A DNA stretch of 64,000 nucleotides from positions 692-64,691 of the forward strand of contig QCFS01000004.1 of assembly GCA_003278365.1 (NCBI GenBank), written 5' to 3'. The DNA comes from Prochlorococcus sp. AG-363-M17 (GTDB taxonomy: Bacteria > Cyanobacteriota > Cyanobacteriia > PCC-6307 > Cyanobiaceae). This document shows, piece by piece, positions 52,573 to 63,698 of this stretch (position 1 is its first letter; each line of letters opens with the position of its first letter). The notes beneath the pieces were generated by a model. It ran no database searches, had not been told where the DNA came from, and saw nothing but the letters and a program-made list of their open reading frames with translations. The position numbers and the translations under genes are program-made.

Positions 52573-53298
52573 TTAATCAACCAGATTATTTTCCAAAGCA
52601 TATCTAACTAGCTCGGTTCTACTAGAAGTACCTGTTTTATTAAACAGCCGACTTACATACTTTTCCACATTCCTAATAGAGGTTTCAAGCTTTCTTGCAA
52701 TCTGCTTATTCATTAGTCCTTCTGCTACTAACTGCAGAACACTAGCCTCACGGGGTGTGAAATTGTGAACAACTCCAAGTTTAGAAGTTTCACTATCTCC
52801 CTTAGCAAGTAATGATCGAATCTCAGTTATTTGTCTTGCCATTTGACCAACATCTGCATCTGCAAACCTTGCCGCCTCTGCAAGTAACCTATCCTGTCTC
52901 CCTACAACATTTCTTACACGAGCAACCAACTCATCAGGGTCAAAAGGTTTTGGTATGTAATCATCAACACCAGCTTGATAGCCCTGAGTACGATCAAGAG
53001 TCATACCTTTTGCAGTAAGAAAAATCACAGGAGTTCCTCCCAATCTTTCATCAGCTCTTAACCGATTGAGCAATTCATAACCATCACATCTAGGCATCAT
53101 TACATCACTAATGACAAGATCTGGGAGCATCTTCTGAGCCATTTGCCATCCTTCTTCCCCATCAACAGCAGTCGTAACTTCAAAGCCTTCATCTTGAAGA
53201 TATGCCTGAACAGCTGTTCGCAAACCTGGCTCATCGTCAACTAGAAGTATTCTGTTTGGCTTTATAGCCTCAGGCGATGAACTTAACGATTCATTCAT
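52573..53298 (-). CDS. ycf29: NarL/LuxR-family response regulator (Ycf29/Rre1-like)
   Basis: LVDDEPGLR receiver domain; EGLMNKQIA..L.TSIRNVEKYVSRL helix-turn-helix. Confidence 0.85.
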   Translation of the reverse strand: MNESLSSSPEAIKPNRILLVDDEPGLRTAVQAYLQDEGFEVTTAVDGEEGWQMAQKMLPDLVISDVMMPRCDGYELLNRLRADERLGGTPVIFLTAKGMTLDRTQGYQAGVDDYIPKPFDPDELVARVRNVVGRQDRLLAEAARFADADVGQMARQITEIRSLLAKGDSETSKLGVVHNFTPREASVLQLVAEGLMNKQIARKLETSIRNVEKYVSRLFNKTGTSSRTELVRYALENNLVD

Positions 53299-53370
53299 TT
53301 GAATTTCTTGAGTTCATACAGTAAATCTAGAAGGTATTAGCAAAGCAGTCTTGCTGTTCTTCTTAACCCC

Positions 53371-53925
53371 TCACTTTAGAGGGAGATTCAGTACTTCCTG
53401 ATTCTCCACAAGTTTAGTTGAATATCCCAAAGATAATGCCTTTTGAGTCAGTTCTGCAGGGTCAATACCCGCCATCTCTGGAGAGCAGGCTGCCCACCAA
53501 ACTAAATGGTCTTCACGGTTAAAAGGTGTAATAACTCCACCTGGATTAAGTCGACGTACGTAAATTGCGACCGAATCTCTTTTGACTCTTATCGGAGATT
53601 CTAAATTACAGCGAACAAATTCTGTATGCACTTTGAGATCAAATGGCCATTCTTGCCAAAGTTTGAATCTTCGTAAGTTCTGATCAGCCTGATCAATCTC
53701 AAAGGCGTACATTCCTAATAAATACTCCCCGCCCAAGTGAGGTTGACTCTTTTTTATCAACACAACAAGGTTTGGAGGACGCAAATTCCTAATCTTCTCA
53801 ATCGCAGTCTTGCGAGCACTCGCATCTAAAGGTTTTACCCAGAAAGCTACTAAGCCAAGCAAACCTAATGATGTAACTCCAAGCCAAGACCGGCACCTAG
53901 AAAAGCCAAAAAATCTTTCAAACAT
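53371..53925 (-). CDS. Hypothetical protein with signal-peptide-like N-terminus
   Basis: Open frame with hydrophobic segment ending ASA; RRLNPGG, HLVWWAAC; start uncertain. Confidence 0.65.
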   Translation of the reverse strand: MFERFFGFSRCRSWLGVTSLGLLGLVAFWVKPLDASARKTAIEKIRNLRPPNLVVLIKKSQPHLGGEYLLGMYAFEIDQADQNLRRFKLWQEWPFDLKVHTEFVRCNLESPIRVKRDSVAIYVRRLNPGGVITPFNREDHLVWWAACSPEMAGIDPAELTQKALSLGYSTKLVENQEVLNLPLK

Positions 53926-55105
53926 GCTGTCAAAACTTCCCCAAAGCACTACTCAAGATTTGCCAATCTTCCTCGATCATCAAGCCACCACTCCTTGTGC
54001 GAAAGAAGTTATAGCAGCAATGGCACCTTACTGGAATGAAAAATGGGGCAACTCTTCTAGTCGTCAACATAGAGAAGGCCTAAAGGCCGCTGCCGCAGTT
54101 TCTATGGCAAGAGAAGAGCTCGCTAGCCACCTAAGGGTTGCCCCTGAGCAAATAATTTTCACCAGCGGTGCAACCGAAGCCAATAACATTGCCCTCATAG
54201 GGCATGCGAGAGCAATGTCAGAAATACATGGAAAGCCCGGTCATCTAATTACACTTTCTACAGAGCACCGTGCTGTTCTCGACCCTATAAAACAACTTGA
54301 GAAAGAAGGTTTCCAAGTTACTGAAATCACTCCTCAAAAGGATGGCATCTTAGATCTAAATCAATTGGTAGAAGTCTTTAAAGAAAACACATTCTTAGTA
54401 AGCATAATGATCGCTAATAATGAAATAGGAGTAATTCAACCAATCAAAGAAATTGCTCAATTATGCAAAGAAAGGAATATATTGCTTCACAGTGATGCTG
54501 CCCAAGCCCTAGGGCATATCTCGTTATATCCAGAGTTTCTTGGTATCGATTTCACTAGTGTAAGTGCTCACAAGATGTATGGTCCAAAGGGCATTGGAGC
54601 ATTAATAATGCGCCCAGAAATACCTGTTCAACCTCTACAATGGGGAGGTAGTCAGGAAAAAGGAATTCGGCCTGGAACTCTAGCAGTACCTTTAATAATA
54701 GGACTTGCAAAAGCAGCTGAAATAGCAATTAGGGATCTCAAAGATTATGAACTTTTGGTTACTAAAATGCGTAATAAATTCTTAGAGGAATTAAAAAGTA
54801 AAATATCAGGTATTTCTTTAAATGGTTCACAAGATGAACGCTTGCCCCACAACCTTAATATCACTATCGCCGGAGTTCAGGGATCAATCCTTCACAAGGA
54901 GTTGAGACCATTCATAAGCTGCAGCAGTGGTTCAGCATGTGCGAATGGTGCACCGTCGCATGTCCTTATGGCTCTAGGCCTAAATGCACAAGAAGCAAAA
55001 GCATCCTTAAGACTAAGTCTTAGCCGATATACAACAGAAGCAGAGCTCAAGAATGCAGCTATTAAGATCAAAGATGTAATCAATAAGTTAAGAAGCCAAA
55101 ATTAA
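53924..55105 (+). CDS. Cysteine desulfurase (IscS/NifS family)
   Basis: LDHQATTP, FTSGATEANN, NNEIG, SAHKMYGPKG, SSGSAC; start set at ATG 53924 but uncertain. Confidence 0.92.
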   Translation: MLSKLPQSTTQDLPIFLDHQATTPCAKEVIAAMAPYWNEKWGNSSSRQHREGLKAAAAVSMAREELASHLRVAPEQIIFTSGATEANNIALIGHARAMSEIHGKPGHLITLSTEHRAVLDPIKQLEKEGFQVTEITPQKDGILDLNQLVEVFKENTFLVSIMIANNEIGVIQPIKEIAQLCKERNILLHSDAAQALGHISLYPEFLGIDFTSVSAHKMYGPKGIGALIMRPEIPVQPLQWGGSQEKGIRPGTLAVPLIIGLAKAAEIAIRDLKDYELLVTKMRNKFLEELKSKISGISLNGSQDERLPHNLNITIAGVQGSILHKELRPFISCSSGSACANGAPSHVLMALGLNAQEAKASLRLSLSRYTTEAELKNAAIKIKDVINKLRSQN

Positions 55106-55140
55106 AATTTTCTTTTCCAATCATTTAATTAAAAGCAAAA

Positions 55141-56055
55141 CTAGGGTTTAGAAATTCTTTTGGCGATCCGACACTTCGCACTTCTACTTCGCGGATTGTG
55201 CATGAGCTCTCCATCACTAGCCACTAAAGGCTTACGAGTGATGGGAGAAAGTAATTCATCCTTTATAAAGGCTTGCTTGACGCACCTATCCTCTAAAGAA
55301 TGAAAGCTGATGATGCAAGCAAAGGCTTCTTCCTTTAACCAATTAGGCAATTGAACTAAAAAGCGTTTAAGAGCTGCTAATTCATCATTAACGGCAATTC
55401 TTAAAGCCTGGAAAGTGCGCGTTGCAGGGTGCATGCGCCCATAACGCATCTTCGGAGGGAAGCATCCTGCTATTGCATATGCCAACTGAACTGTCCCTTC
55501 ATAAGGTCCATGCTGATCAAGGTCTTGCTTGATACGCCGAGCGATCTTTCGTGAGCGTCGCTCCTCTCCATAAGTAAAAATAATTTCTGCTAATTCACTT
55601 TCACTGCTTTGCTCTAATAAATCTGCAGCTGTAAAAGAACTCTCCAAGTTCATTCTCATATCTAAAGGACCATTTAATCGAAAACTAAAACCCCTGGAAG
55701 CATTATCAAGCTGAGGACTACTAACGCCTAAATCAGCTAAGACTACTGAAGCATTTTCAGGCGGACAAAAGTCAGCAAAATTTCCAGCCAATATCTCTAC
55801 GCGTTCACCAAAAGGTTTTAACCGCTCTGCAGCAGCTGCTCTTGCAGTTGCATCATGATCTAAACCAATCAAATGCAACCCAGGGAATGCTTCTAACAGC
55901 AACGCAGAATGGCCTCCACCACCAAGAGTTACATCAATTAAGAGACCTCCTGATAAAAGATCTGCAGGAAGATTCGCTATTGTTTTAACTATCTCATCAG
56001 ACAAAACAGGAACATGACTAAAAGTCGAAATCGATGAAGGTGAGCGTTTTTGCAT
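55141..56055 (-). CDS. rsmH: 16S rRNA m4C1402 methyltransferase
   Basis: [40 protein letters not shown]. Confidence 0.96.
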   Translation of the reverse strand: MQKRSPSSISTFSHVPVLSDEIVKTIANLPADLLSGGLLIDVTLGGGGHSALLLEAFPGLHLIGLDHDATARAAAAERLKPFGERVEILAGNFADFCPPENASVVLADLGVSSPQLDNASRGFSFRLNGPLDMRMNLESSFTAADLLEQSSESELAEIIFTYGEERRSRKIARRIKQDLDQHGPYEGTVQLAYAIAGCFPPKMRYGRMHPATRTFQALRIAVNDELAALKRFLVQLPNWLKEEAFACIISFHSLEDRCVKQAFIKDELLSPITRKPLVASDGELMHNPRSRSAKCRIAKRISKP

Positions 56056-56099
56056 AATTTCTTCCTAAACTCCCAAAAAAGTTTTCAACCGACAGGGCC

Positions 56100-57284
56100 A
56101 TGACTCAGCTGGAAACACGAACCGAGCCCATGGTCGTGAACTTTGGACCACATCATCCCTCGATGCATGGAGTCCTTCGTCTGGTGGTCACCCTTGATGG
56201 TGAAGATGTTGTGGATTGTGAGCCAGTAATTGGTTATCTCCATCGTGGGATGGAAAAAATCGCAGAGAACAGAACCAATGTAATGTTCGTTCCCTATGTA
56301 AGCCGCATGGATTATGCGGCAGGGATGTTTTATGAAGCAATAGTTGTGAATGCCCCTGAACGCTTAGCAAATATCTCTGTCCCCAAAAGAGCAAGTTACA
56401 TAAGAGTATTAATGCTTGAGTTAAATAGAATCGCCAATCATCTACTTTGGCTGGGCCCCTTTCTTGCAGATGTCGGAGCCCAAACTCCCTTCTTTTATAT
56501 ATTTCGAGAAAGAGAAATGATTTACGACTTGTGGGAGGCAGCAACAGGCCAACGGTTAATAAACAATAACTATTTCCGCATTGGAGGAGTGGCAAGTGAT
56601 CTTCCATGGGGATGGTTAGATAAATGTCAAGATTTCTGCAATTGGTTTGGTCCAAAAATCGATGAATATGAAAAACTAATTACTAACAACCCTATCTTCC
56701 GTAAAAGAATAGAAGGACTAGGAACTATTAAAAGAGAAGAAGCAATTAACTGGAGTCTCTCTGGTCCAATGCTGCGGGCCTCAGGTGTGGCTTGGGATCT
56801 TAGAAAAGTCGATCATTATGAATGCTATGACGATTTCGACTGGAATGTCGCCTCTGAAAAAGAAGGAGATTGCTATGCAAGGTATCGAGTACGAATAGAA
56901 GAAATGCGCCAATCTCTAAACATCCTTAATCAAGCATGCAAAATGATTCCAGGTGGTCCCACTGAAAATCTCGAAGCAATGCGGATTTCAGAAGGAAAGG
57001 ACAGTAAATTGATAGGTTTTGATTATCAATATATAGCGAAAAAAGTTGCTCCTACCTTCAAAATTCCCGAAGGAGAATTATACACCAGACTAGAGTCAGG
57101 AAAAGGTGAAATTGGAGTTTTTCTTCAAGGAAGCAATGATGTGACACCTTGGCGATTCAAAATTCGTGCTGCAGACCTCAATAATCTACAAATTCTCCCC
57201 CACATTCTTAAAGGAGCAAAAGTGGCAGACATCATGGCAATACTTGGCTCAATAGACGTAATTATGGGTTCGGTAGACCGATAA
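56100..57284 (+). CDS. ndhH: NDH-1 subunit H
   Basis: [15 protein letters not shown]; C-terminal DVIMGSVDR. Confidence 0.97.
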   Translation: MTQLETRTEPMVVNFGPHHPSMHGVLRLVVTLDGEDVVDCEPVIGYLHRGMEKIAENRTNVMFVPYVSRMDYAAGMFYEAIVVNAPERLANISVPKRASYIRVLMLELNRIANHLLWLGPFLADVGAQTPFFYIFREREMIYDLWEAATGQRLINNNYFRIGGVASDLPWGWLDKCQDFCNWFGPKIDEYEKLITNNPIFRKRIEGLGTIKREEAINWSLSGPMLRASGVAWDLRKVDHYECYDDFDWNVASEKEGDCYARYRVRIEEMRQSLNILNQACKMIPGGPTENLEAMRISEGKDSKLIGFDYQYIAKKVAPTFKIPEGELYTRLESGKGEIGVFLQGSNDVTPWRFKIRAADLNNLQILPHILKGAKVADIMAILGSIDVIMGSVDR

Positions 57285-57291
57285 ATTTTTC

Positions 57292-57759
57292 GTGCCAACT
57301 AATCATTATCAAGCCTGGTTAGTTCAAAAGCGAAAAGTGCGCTTTGGGGATACTGATGGTGCAGGAGTAATGCATTTTCATCAAATCTTTCGCTGGGCTC
57401 ATGAAGCTTGGGAAGAAAGCATTGAATGTTATGGGATTTCTAAGGAATTTATTTTCCCCTCGGCCTCAATTCCAAAGAGTCAATGTAAGGTTTTCTTACC
57501 AATAATCCATTGTGAAGCAAGCTTTAGAAAACCCATACATGTAGGAGAAGAGTTAATAGTCAAAATTAAACCATTAAGACTTAATTTAAGTAGTTTTCAA
57601 ATACAGACAGATTTCAATCTTAACAACGAAGTCATGGCAACAGCTTTAATTAGTCATATGGCAATAAGCCCAGATACACGAAAAAAATGTGAACTACCCA
57701 ACAATATACATCTTTGGCTAGAGGCCTCATCCATAAGCCAAGGCCCAAGTCCAGTATAA
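57292..57759 (+). CDS. Hotdog-fold thioesterase, likely 1,4-dihydroxy-2-naphthoyl-CoA hydrolase
   Basis: VRFGDTDGAGVMHF, HEAWEE, LPIIHCEA; adjacent to the men genes. Confidence 0.8.
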   Translation: MPTNHYQAWLVQKRKVRFGDTDGAGVMHFHQIFRWAHEAWEESIECYGISKEFIFPSASIPKSQCKVFLPIIHCEASFRKPIHVGEELIVKIKPLRLNLSSFQIQTDFNLNNEVMATALISHMAISPDTRKKCELPNNIHLWLEASSISQGPSPV

Positions 57760-57782
57760 AATTAATCTTAAATAAACAATAA

Positions 57783-59015
57783 CTAAGTATGCTCGGTTAG
57801 CCAATTTTGCCAAATTTTTCGCTGCCATTTACCTTTATCATCAGGAGATAATTCAGGGCAAAAATGCCAAGAAAAAGGTCTTTCTGCTGGTTCCCAATCG
57901 TCGACTAGCCTAGAAAGCTTTCGAAGTAAATGATCATATAAGTCTAATGATACTTTGTCTTCCCAACGAACCAAAGCTACTAATCTGCTTCCCCATTCAA
58001 TATCACTTTTTGACAGAAATAAAACATTTTGAATTGGAAGGCCTGCTTGTATAGCAGAGGCCATAAGTTTTCCTTCCAGCTGATCAGGAAAAACAGTCTC
58101 GCCTCCGGAGTTAACAGCTAAGTCATTGCGGCCAATAATCTCAACAAATTGCCTATCACCTTTCCAATCCAACTTGGCTAGATCGGCAGAGCACCACCAA
58201 CCTTCATTGTCGCAAAGGGCTTCTAAGCCGTTAGGACCCAAAAGCGCCTTTGCTAAACGGGGTGTCTTCACCATTAAGGCACCATCAGATGCAAGACGAA
58301 GCTGAACATCCTTAAGGGGGAATCCACAACCCGTCATGCCAGCGAGAAACTCTTTAGGAGGCAAGACAGTTACCATTGCCGCGGTCTCCGTAGCTCCATA
58401 ACAAGGGGCTAAATGAATATTTTCTGATCTAGCAATATCTTCAATCATTGAATTAAGACCAGCACCTCCGACCCAAATCACCGAAAAGTTTTTTAACCAC
58501 TCAAGTCCAACTGAATGAGATATCAGTCGCTGTAGCTGAGTAGGTACAAGTGACAACAACTTTGGTCTTGAGTCTTCAGACGATTGAGTACTAAAAAAAT
58601 TTTGCAGAGCTAGCGGATCCCTTAGAAGCTCTGGAAGCAGCCAAACATGTTCTGTCCCCCACTGCTGACTTCTCCACCAAGGCATTAGGCCACTCACATG
58701 ATGCATTGGCAAAGGGTTAAACAGAACACATCTTTTAGGGTCTAATCCTTCCTCAGAGAGCCAAGCTGCAGTTGACTGTGCAGACTGATCGAAATGAGAT
58801 AAAGGGAGCAAACAATATTTTTTACCACCTGAAGTGCCTCCACTCGCAACAACAAAACCAGGTCCCTTCGGTAAAACAATATTTGGAATTGATAATTTGC
58901 TTTGAGATGATTTAAAGAACTGAACCCAAGCACCATCTTTAAAAGCGTGAAGTGCCTCTTCAGTGCACTCCTTATAGGTTTTTGGGTTGGACTTAATAGC
59001 AAGCAAAGCACTCAT
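57783..59015 (-). CDS. menE: O-succinylbenzoate-CoA ligase
   Basis: PLPMHHVSG, SLVPTQL, YGATETA, GR.D...NSGGE; ATGA overlap with menC. Confidence 0.85.
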   Translation of the reverse strand: MSALLAIKSNPKTYKECTEEALHAFKDGAWVQFFKSSQSKLSIPNIVLPKGPGFVVASGGTSGGKKYCLLPLSHFDQSAQSTAAWLSEEGLDPKRCVLFNPLPMHHVSGLMPWWRSQQWGTEHVWLLPELLRDPLALQNFFSTQSSEDSRPKLLSLVPTQLQRLISHSVGLEWLKNFSVIWVGGAGLNSMIEDIARSENIHLAPCYGATETAAMVTVLPPKEFLAGMTGCGFPLKDVQLRLASDGALMVKTPRLAKALLGPNGLEALCDNEGWWCSADLAKLDWKGDRQFVEIIGRNDLAVNSGGETVFPDQLEGKLMASAIQAGLPIQNVLFLSKSDIEWGSRLVALVRWEDKVSLDLYDHLLRKLSRLVDDWEPAERPFSWHFCPELSPDDKGKWQRKIWQNWLTEHT

Positions 59016-59983
59016 CCTGCTGCATTCCAAACAAGATTGGGATCAGTACTAAACAAACTCCCTTTAGGGAACCATTCCATTGCAAGCCCAGGTGCCGTTG
59101 GAGTAGACCCTTCTTGCTGCAAAGCGGCCATATGGTGAACCCACCTACGACCGATCCCTGTTTCAAAAGCAGTACTTATCATCCGCTGAGAAATTCCCTC
59201 TTCAAATTCAGCAAGCAACATTCTTGGATCACCTTCTAAAACTGGTCGCCTAACCTGCCATCCAGGCCAAGACTCTCTTAAAGAGTTATCCCATACCAAA
59301 GACTCATCCAAAGCCACAGGGAGCTGGTTACCTAAATCACGCAAACCCTCAATATCTTCTGCTGGTAAAGGCTGTTCAAGCCATTCCAATCTTTGTACAT
59401 TAACTAACCGGTTAACCCACATAGCAGCGGTAGGTCTGTCCCAACCTCCATTGGCATCCAATCTCAAGCGAGAACTATTAGGAAGCCTTTGCATCAACTT
59501 GTTCAAAAGGTCCATCTCTTCGAGATAAGGCCTAACAGCCACTTTCCACTTAAAGGTAAGCGGCTGCGATGCATTTAAACAAAGCTCAAGCGCAACATCT
59601 AAAGCTTCTAAAGCATCTTTACCAGCAGGCAAAAGAATCGCTGAACTTGGAGGCTCTAACCAATTCCTATTTGATCTTGAGCCAACTACACCATCCAATT
59701 CTGCAAGGGCGGATCCGATACCAAAAGCCAATGCTCCAGGTCCTAATCGCATCCTATCTTCTAATTCATTCCTGCTAACAATCGGTCCTCGGCCTACTAA
59801 AAAATCTTCGATTTCTTTCATCTCTTCATCTTCATATGGAGAAGCTTCTCCCCATCCAACTCCCCCCGATTGGTCTTCAAGATGCAATAACCAACCATTT
59901 CTTATTTCAAGAGAACCCTTCGAAGTATTAAGAGGCCGATTAAGTCGAAAGGAAAAAGGCCTGCTATGAAATTTCAAGTCCAA
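59012..59983 (-). CDS. menC: O-succinylbenzoate synthase
   Basis: GWGEASP, KWKV, LRLDANGGW, WLEQP, ALDES. Confidence 0.9.
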   Translation of the reverse strand: MDLKFHSRPFSFRLNRPLNTSKGSLEIRNGWLLHLEDQSGGVGWGEASPYEDEEMKEIEDFLVGRGPIVSRNELEDRMRLGPGALAFGIGSALAELDGVVGSRSNRNWLEPPSSAILLPAGKDALEALDVALELCLNASQPLTFKWKVAVRPYLEEMDLLNKLMQRLPNSSRLRLDANGGWDRPTAAMWVNRLVNVQRLEWLEQPLPAEDIEGLRDLGNQLPVALDESLVWDNSLRESWPGWQVRRPVLEGDPRMLLAEFEEGISQRMISTAFETGIGRRWVHHMAALQQEGSTPTAPGLAMEWFPKGSLFSTDPNLVWNAAG

Positions 59984-59987
59984 GAAT

Positions 59988-60962
59988 TCAAAAACTATTT
60001 AAAGAGTTGACCCAAAAAAAACTAGAAAGACCAAGTCCTATGCTTAAGCCGAGTCCATTCAAAGCTTGGAATCTTAGAGCTATAAACTTACAATCACGTA
60101 TCAAATCTGGCTGATCATGATAATGACTAAGTAATCGAACAAGTTTAATTCCTGAAGGTAATCCAACAATCGCTAGCAGAGAAGTTATCGGCCAGTCCCC
60201 TAAAAACACTGGTAGAAGCTCCAATAGATAAATAGCACTCAAAATCCATGGAATTAAACTTGCTGCCCTAGCCGTTCCAATAAGAACTAAAGGAGATTTT
60301 TTTCCATGGGCCGCATCTTCACTAACTTGATGAAAATGAGAACAAAAAAGTACCAAAGTTGTTGCCAAAGCGGGACCTGAACCAAGCTTGAATGCTAAGC
60401 CCCAAGGTATTACAAATTCATTACCCACACTTGGCGACAAAACTAGTAATGCAGCAGCAGTTGCAAAAGGCCCAAAAGCCAACCAGCAGAGAGGTTCTCC
60501 TAACCCTTGATAACCCAATCGAAAAGGAGGCCCTTGATAGAGATAACCCAAGCTACAACTAGCAAGAACTAAGCCAAGGACTGCAAAGCTGCTACGCCAA
60601 GCCAAATTAATAATGATTATCAAGCCTAAAATCAGCGCAAAATATGCATAACGACTTACAAGACTTCTTTTACCTATTAGCTGAACTACCGAATGTGGCT
60701 TTGCAAACTCATCAATGCCAGTTTCATCATCAAATAAATCATTCGTCAGATTCTCCCAAAGCAACAGAAGGACAGAAGCAACCAAAAAACCTAATAATTG
60801 ATCTAAACGAACCAACTTGCCTGCACCGATTGTCCAACCAGCAGCCAAAATGACTGGCATCACTGCAACCGAATACAGCGGCCACTTAATTGCAGCCTTC
60901 CAAAGAAGTCTTTTTTTTGATCTGCTTGCATGAAGGGATGCAACAGCATGTTTGTCTTGCAT
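59988..60962 (-). CDS. menA: DHNA phytyltransferase
   Basis: AAIKWPLYSVA, NDLFD, YQGPPFRLGY.GLGE, D..HGK.S; start set at ATG 60962. Confidence 0.92.
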   Translation of the reverse strand: MQDKHAVASLHASRSKKRLLWKAAIKWPLYSVAVMPVILAAGWTIGAGKLVRLDQLLGFLVASVLLLLWENLTNDLFDDETGIDEFAKPHSVVQLIGKRSLVSRYAYFALILGLIIIINLAWRSSFAVLGLVLASCSLGYLYQGPPFRLGYQGLGEPLCWLAFGPFATAAALLVLSPSVGNEFVIPWGLAFKLGSGPALATTLVLFCSHFHQVSEDAAHGKKSPLVLIGTARAASLIPWILSAIYLLELLPVFLGDWPITSLLAIVGLPSGIKLVRLLSHYHDQPDLIRDCKFIALRFQALNGLGLSIGLGLSSFFWVNSLNSF

Positions 60963-61035
60963 GCACTCAATCCCCCTTTTGCCTACGTGACGGTTTATAC
61001 ATTTGAGCAGGTCTTGCAATCAATGCCCACTCCAA

Positions 61036-62457
61036 ATGACAGCTGATCCAAGTTTCAGCGACATTTTGCATGCATCCTCGCAAGCTTGGTGCAAAAAAAA
61101 ATGCGATGAGGGCGTCCTCAGCATTGCATTACCAATTGCAATGGAGGACCCACTTGAGGCCTTGCGTTGCATAGATGAACAAAACCAATTTCGCTTCCTA
61201 TGGGACGAAAAGCCACTGCAGAGTTTTGCAGCATTAGGCCTTTGTCAACAACTTGAGCTAGCTGGTCCGAAAAGGTTTGAACTTGCACAACGTTTCAGCG
61301 AAGCAACTTTTGGAAGAATGACTAATGCAACTATTGAAACCCAAGCAATCGATCGACCGAAAATCCTCTTAGCTTTCTCTTTCTTTGAACAAGCCCTCGA
61401 TAGACAAGACACACAGACTATTACTCCTGCAGTACAGGCTGTGCTTCCGAAATGGCAAATAAGCCAACAAGGTAGTAGAGCATGGCTACGACTTAATGGC
61501 ATCATGGCCCATCAAGCTGATGCGAGAGATCTAGCTGAAAAATTATGGATAATGAGAGATCATCTTCTAAAGAGTAAAAGCCTCAAAAAAACAAACCTTA
61601 TCTATCAAAATAAATACCAAACAACAGCTGGCAATTGGCAAGCGCAGTACAAACCATCTTTATTAAGGGGAATCGAACTAGTCAACAATCGCGAGCTTCA
61701 TAAACTTGTCCTTGCTGTTCGACAATCTATTGAGCTGGAGCAACCTTTAGACCCTCTTACCCTTTTACATCGACTTAGAAAAGAGCAACAAGGTAGTTGC
61801 AGGTTTCTCTGGGAGCGCAATCGAAATGAAGCATTTTTTGGAGCTTCACCTGAACGCTTACTAAAGCTTAAAGGGAATCAATTAAGTATTGATGCACTTG
61901 CAGGGACTGCAAGTTGGAAAGATGAAGGGATAGTCTTAATGAAATCCAAAAAAGACCGTTTAGAACATGAATTGGTTGTTAATGCAATAACTGAACAACT
62001 AGCCCAAGAAGGGTTAAATCCGCAAAGAACTAGCCAGCCAAGACTTGCAAAATATGGCAATCTTGTGCACCTACACACTCCAATCAGAGCAACGAACAAA
62101 CACCAAAGTCCTTTCCACCTTGCTAGCAAACTACATCCAACTCCTGCCGTAGCAGGGCTTCCGCGAAAGGATGCTATGGACTGGCTACGTACACTCGAAC
62201 CTTTTGAAAGAGGTAACTATGCCGCTCCAATTGGATGGATAGATAACACACTAGATGCTGAATTAAGAGTAGCCATAAGATGTGGTACCTCAAAAGGTAG
62301 CCGCTTAAAACTCACAGCTGGAGCAGGGTTAGTACAAGGATCTATAGCCGAGAAAGAGCTTGAAGAAATTAGTTTGAAGCTAGCTGTACTAGCGGACCAA
62401 CTAGCAGTCAAATCAAGTGATCAAGAAAAAGTCTCTAATAACAAAGAAATCACTTGA
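61036..62457 (+). CDS. menF: Isochorismate synthase
   Basis: [32 protein letters not shown]; start set at ATG 61036. Confidence 0.9.
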   Translation: MTADPSFSDILHASSQAWCKKKCDEGVLSIALPIAMEDPLEALRCIDEQNQFRFLWDEKPLQSFAALGLCQQLELAGPKRFELAQRFSEATFGRMTNATIETQAIDRPKILLAFSFFEQALDRQDTQTITPAVQAVLPKWQISQQGSRAWLRLNGIMAHQADARDLAEKLWIMRDHLLKSKSLKKTNLIYQNKYQTTAGNWQAQYKPSLLRGIELVNNRELHKLVLAVRQSIELEQPLDPLTLLHRLRKEQQGSCRFLWERNRNEAFFGASPERLLKLKGNQLSIDALAGTASWKDEGIVLMKSKKDRLEHELVVNAITEQLAQEGLNPQRTSQPRLAKYGNLVHLHTPIRATNKHQSPFHLASKLHPTPAVAGLPRKDAMDWLRTLEPFERGNYAAPIGWIDNTLDAELRVAIRCGTSKGSRLKLTAGAGLVQGSIAEKELEEISLKLAVLADQLAVKSSDQEKVSNNKEIT

Positions 62458-63347
62458 TCTCCTAAAGGGATTTTCATTAGACGTTCCACTTCTCTTATAC
62501 CAGTAGGGCTGGTGACATTAATTTCACTCAAAACACCATCAATAACATCAATACCAACAAAAAAAAGACGATTCTCTCTTAGTGAAGGAGAAAGTTCATC
62601 ACATATATTTTGCTCAATTGATGTGATCTCTGTAGGTTCAGGTTGTCCCCCTACAGCAAGATTACTGCGAAAGTCTCCCGGCTTCGGACGGCGATTAACT
62701 GCGCCCAATGGTTTGCCATTGACAAGAAGAATTCTCTTATCTCCATCGACAACAGCTGGTAAAAAACGTTGAACCATTACTGGCAAGCGTTCCTGGTCAG
62801 TCACTAATTCAAGTAAGGCCTCTAAGCCAGGTGATGTTTTTGCGACCCTAACAACTCCCTGTCCAGCTCTACCCCCAAGCGGCTTGAGGACAACCTCCCC
62901 ATGCGCTCGAGCAAAAGTTGCTAAATCATCAACACGACTTCCTACGAAAGTCGGTGCCATTAAATGTGAAAAACGAAGAGCTCCTAACTTCTCATTCCAT
63001 GCACGCAAAGCACTTGGACTATTAATAACAAGTACGCCATCTCTTTCTGCAAGTTCTAACAAATGAGTGGCATAAAGATAAGCATCATCAACTGGAGGAT
63101 CTTTGCGCATCCAAATGCAATCAAAATCTTTAATAGAGCGATTGATCTGCTCAACCTTAGAGAACCAAGGTTCAGGCACTAATCTCGAAGCATCAACCCA
63201 ACACTCATTACCTCGAGCCTGCAAGTCTGCAGGTACACAAGCCCAAACTTCAATTCCGGCCCTATGAGCTGCCTGCATTAGAGCACTAGAGGAATCCTTA
63301 AGAGGGTTTATTTGATCTATAGGGTCAAGAACAAACAAATGGCGCAT
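62421..63347 (-). CDS. gshB: Glutathione synthetase
   Basis: [36 protein letters not shown]. Confidence 0.96.
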   Translation of the reverse strand: MRHLFVLDPIDQINPLKDSSSALMQAAHRAGIEVWACVPADLQARGNECWVDASRLVPEPWFSKVEQINRSIKDFDCIWMRKDPPVDDAYLYATHLLELAERDGVLVINSPSALRAWNEKLGALRFSHLMAPTFVGSRVDDLATFARAHGEVVLKPLGGRAGQGVVRVAKTSPGLEALLELVTDQERLPVMVQRFLPAVVDGDKRILLVNGKPLGAVNRRPKPGDFRSNLAVGGQPEPTEITSIEQNICDELSPSLRENRLFFVGIDVIDGVLSEINVTSPTGIREVERLMKIPLGDQVISLLLETFS

Positions 63348-63351
63348 AACT

Positions 63352-63621
63352 TCAACCCTCTAAACCCAACAATTTATTGAGCTTGTTTGCACGTTCTAAT
63401 GCATGCAGCTCATCGCAACCACCAATACCCTGTCCATCAATAAAAATTTGAGGAACACTAGTCCTTCCATCTGCCCGAGTCGTCATCAAACTCCTCGCCT
63501 CATCATCTCCATCAATGGAATATTCCTCATAAAGCAATCCTTTTTTATCTAGAAGAGCCTTTGCTCGCAGGCAAAAAGGACAAAACTGCCATGTATAGAT
63601 CTCAATCTTGGACATGATCAA
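63352..63621 (-). CDS. grxC: Glutaredoxin 3
   Basis: CPFC, SVPQIFI, GGCDEL. Confidence 0.95.
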   Translation of the reverse strand: MIMSKIEIYTWQFCPFCLRAKALLDKKGLLYEEYSIDGDDEARSLMTTRADGRTSVPQIFIDGQGIGGCDELHALERANKLNKLLGLEG

Positions 63622-63698
63622 AAAAATAAGTCTCTAATGATCTCATGAGGCTTGCTGAACTGATAGCTTCTAATGTGTATTGATGAAGTTATAGCTTT

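Noticed and set aside
56188-56655. 155-aa - strand ORF
   Set aside because: Antisense shadow of ndhH.
62421-62457. Convergent 3' overlaps (menF/gshB, plsC/ydcF, rpaA/holB, cugP/metF)
   Set aside because: Common in streamlined genomes; no sign of a special function.
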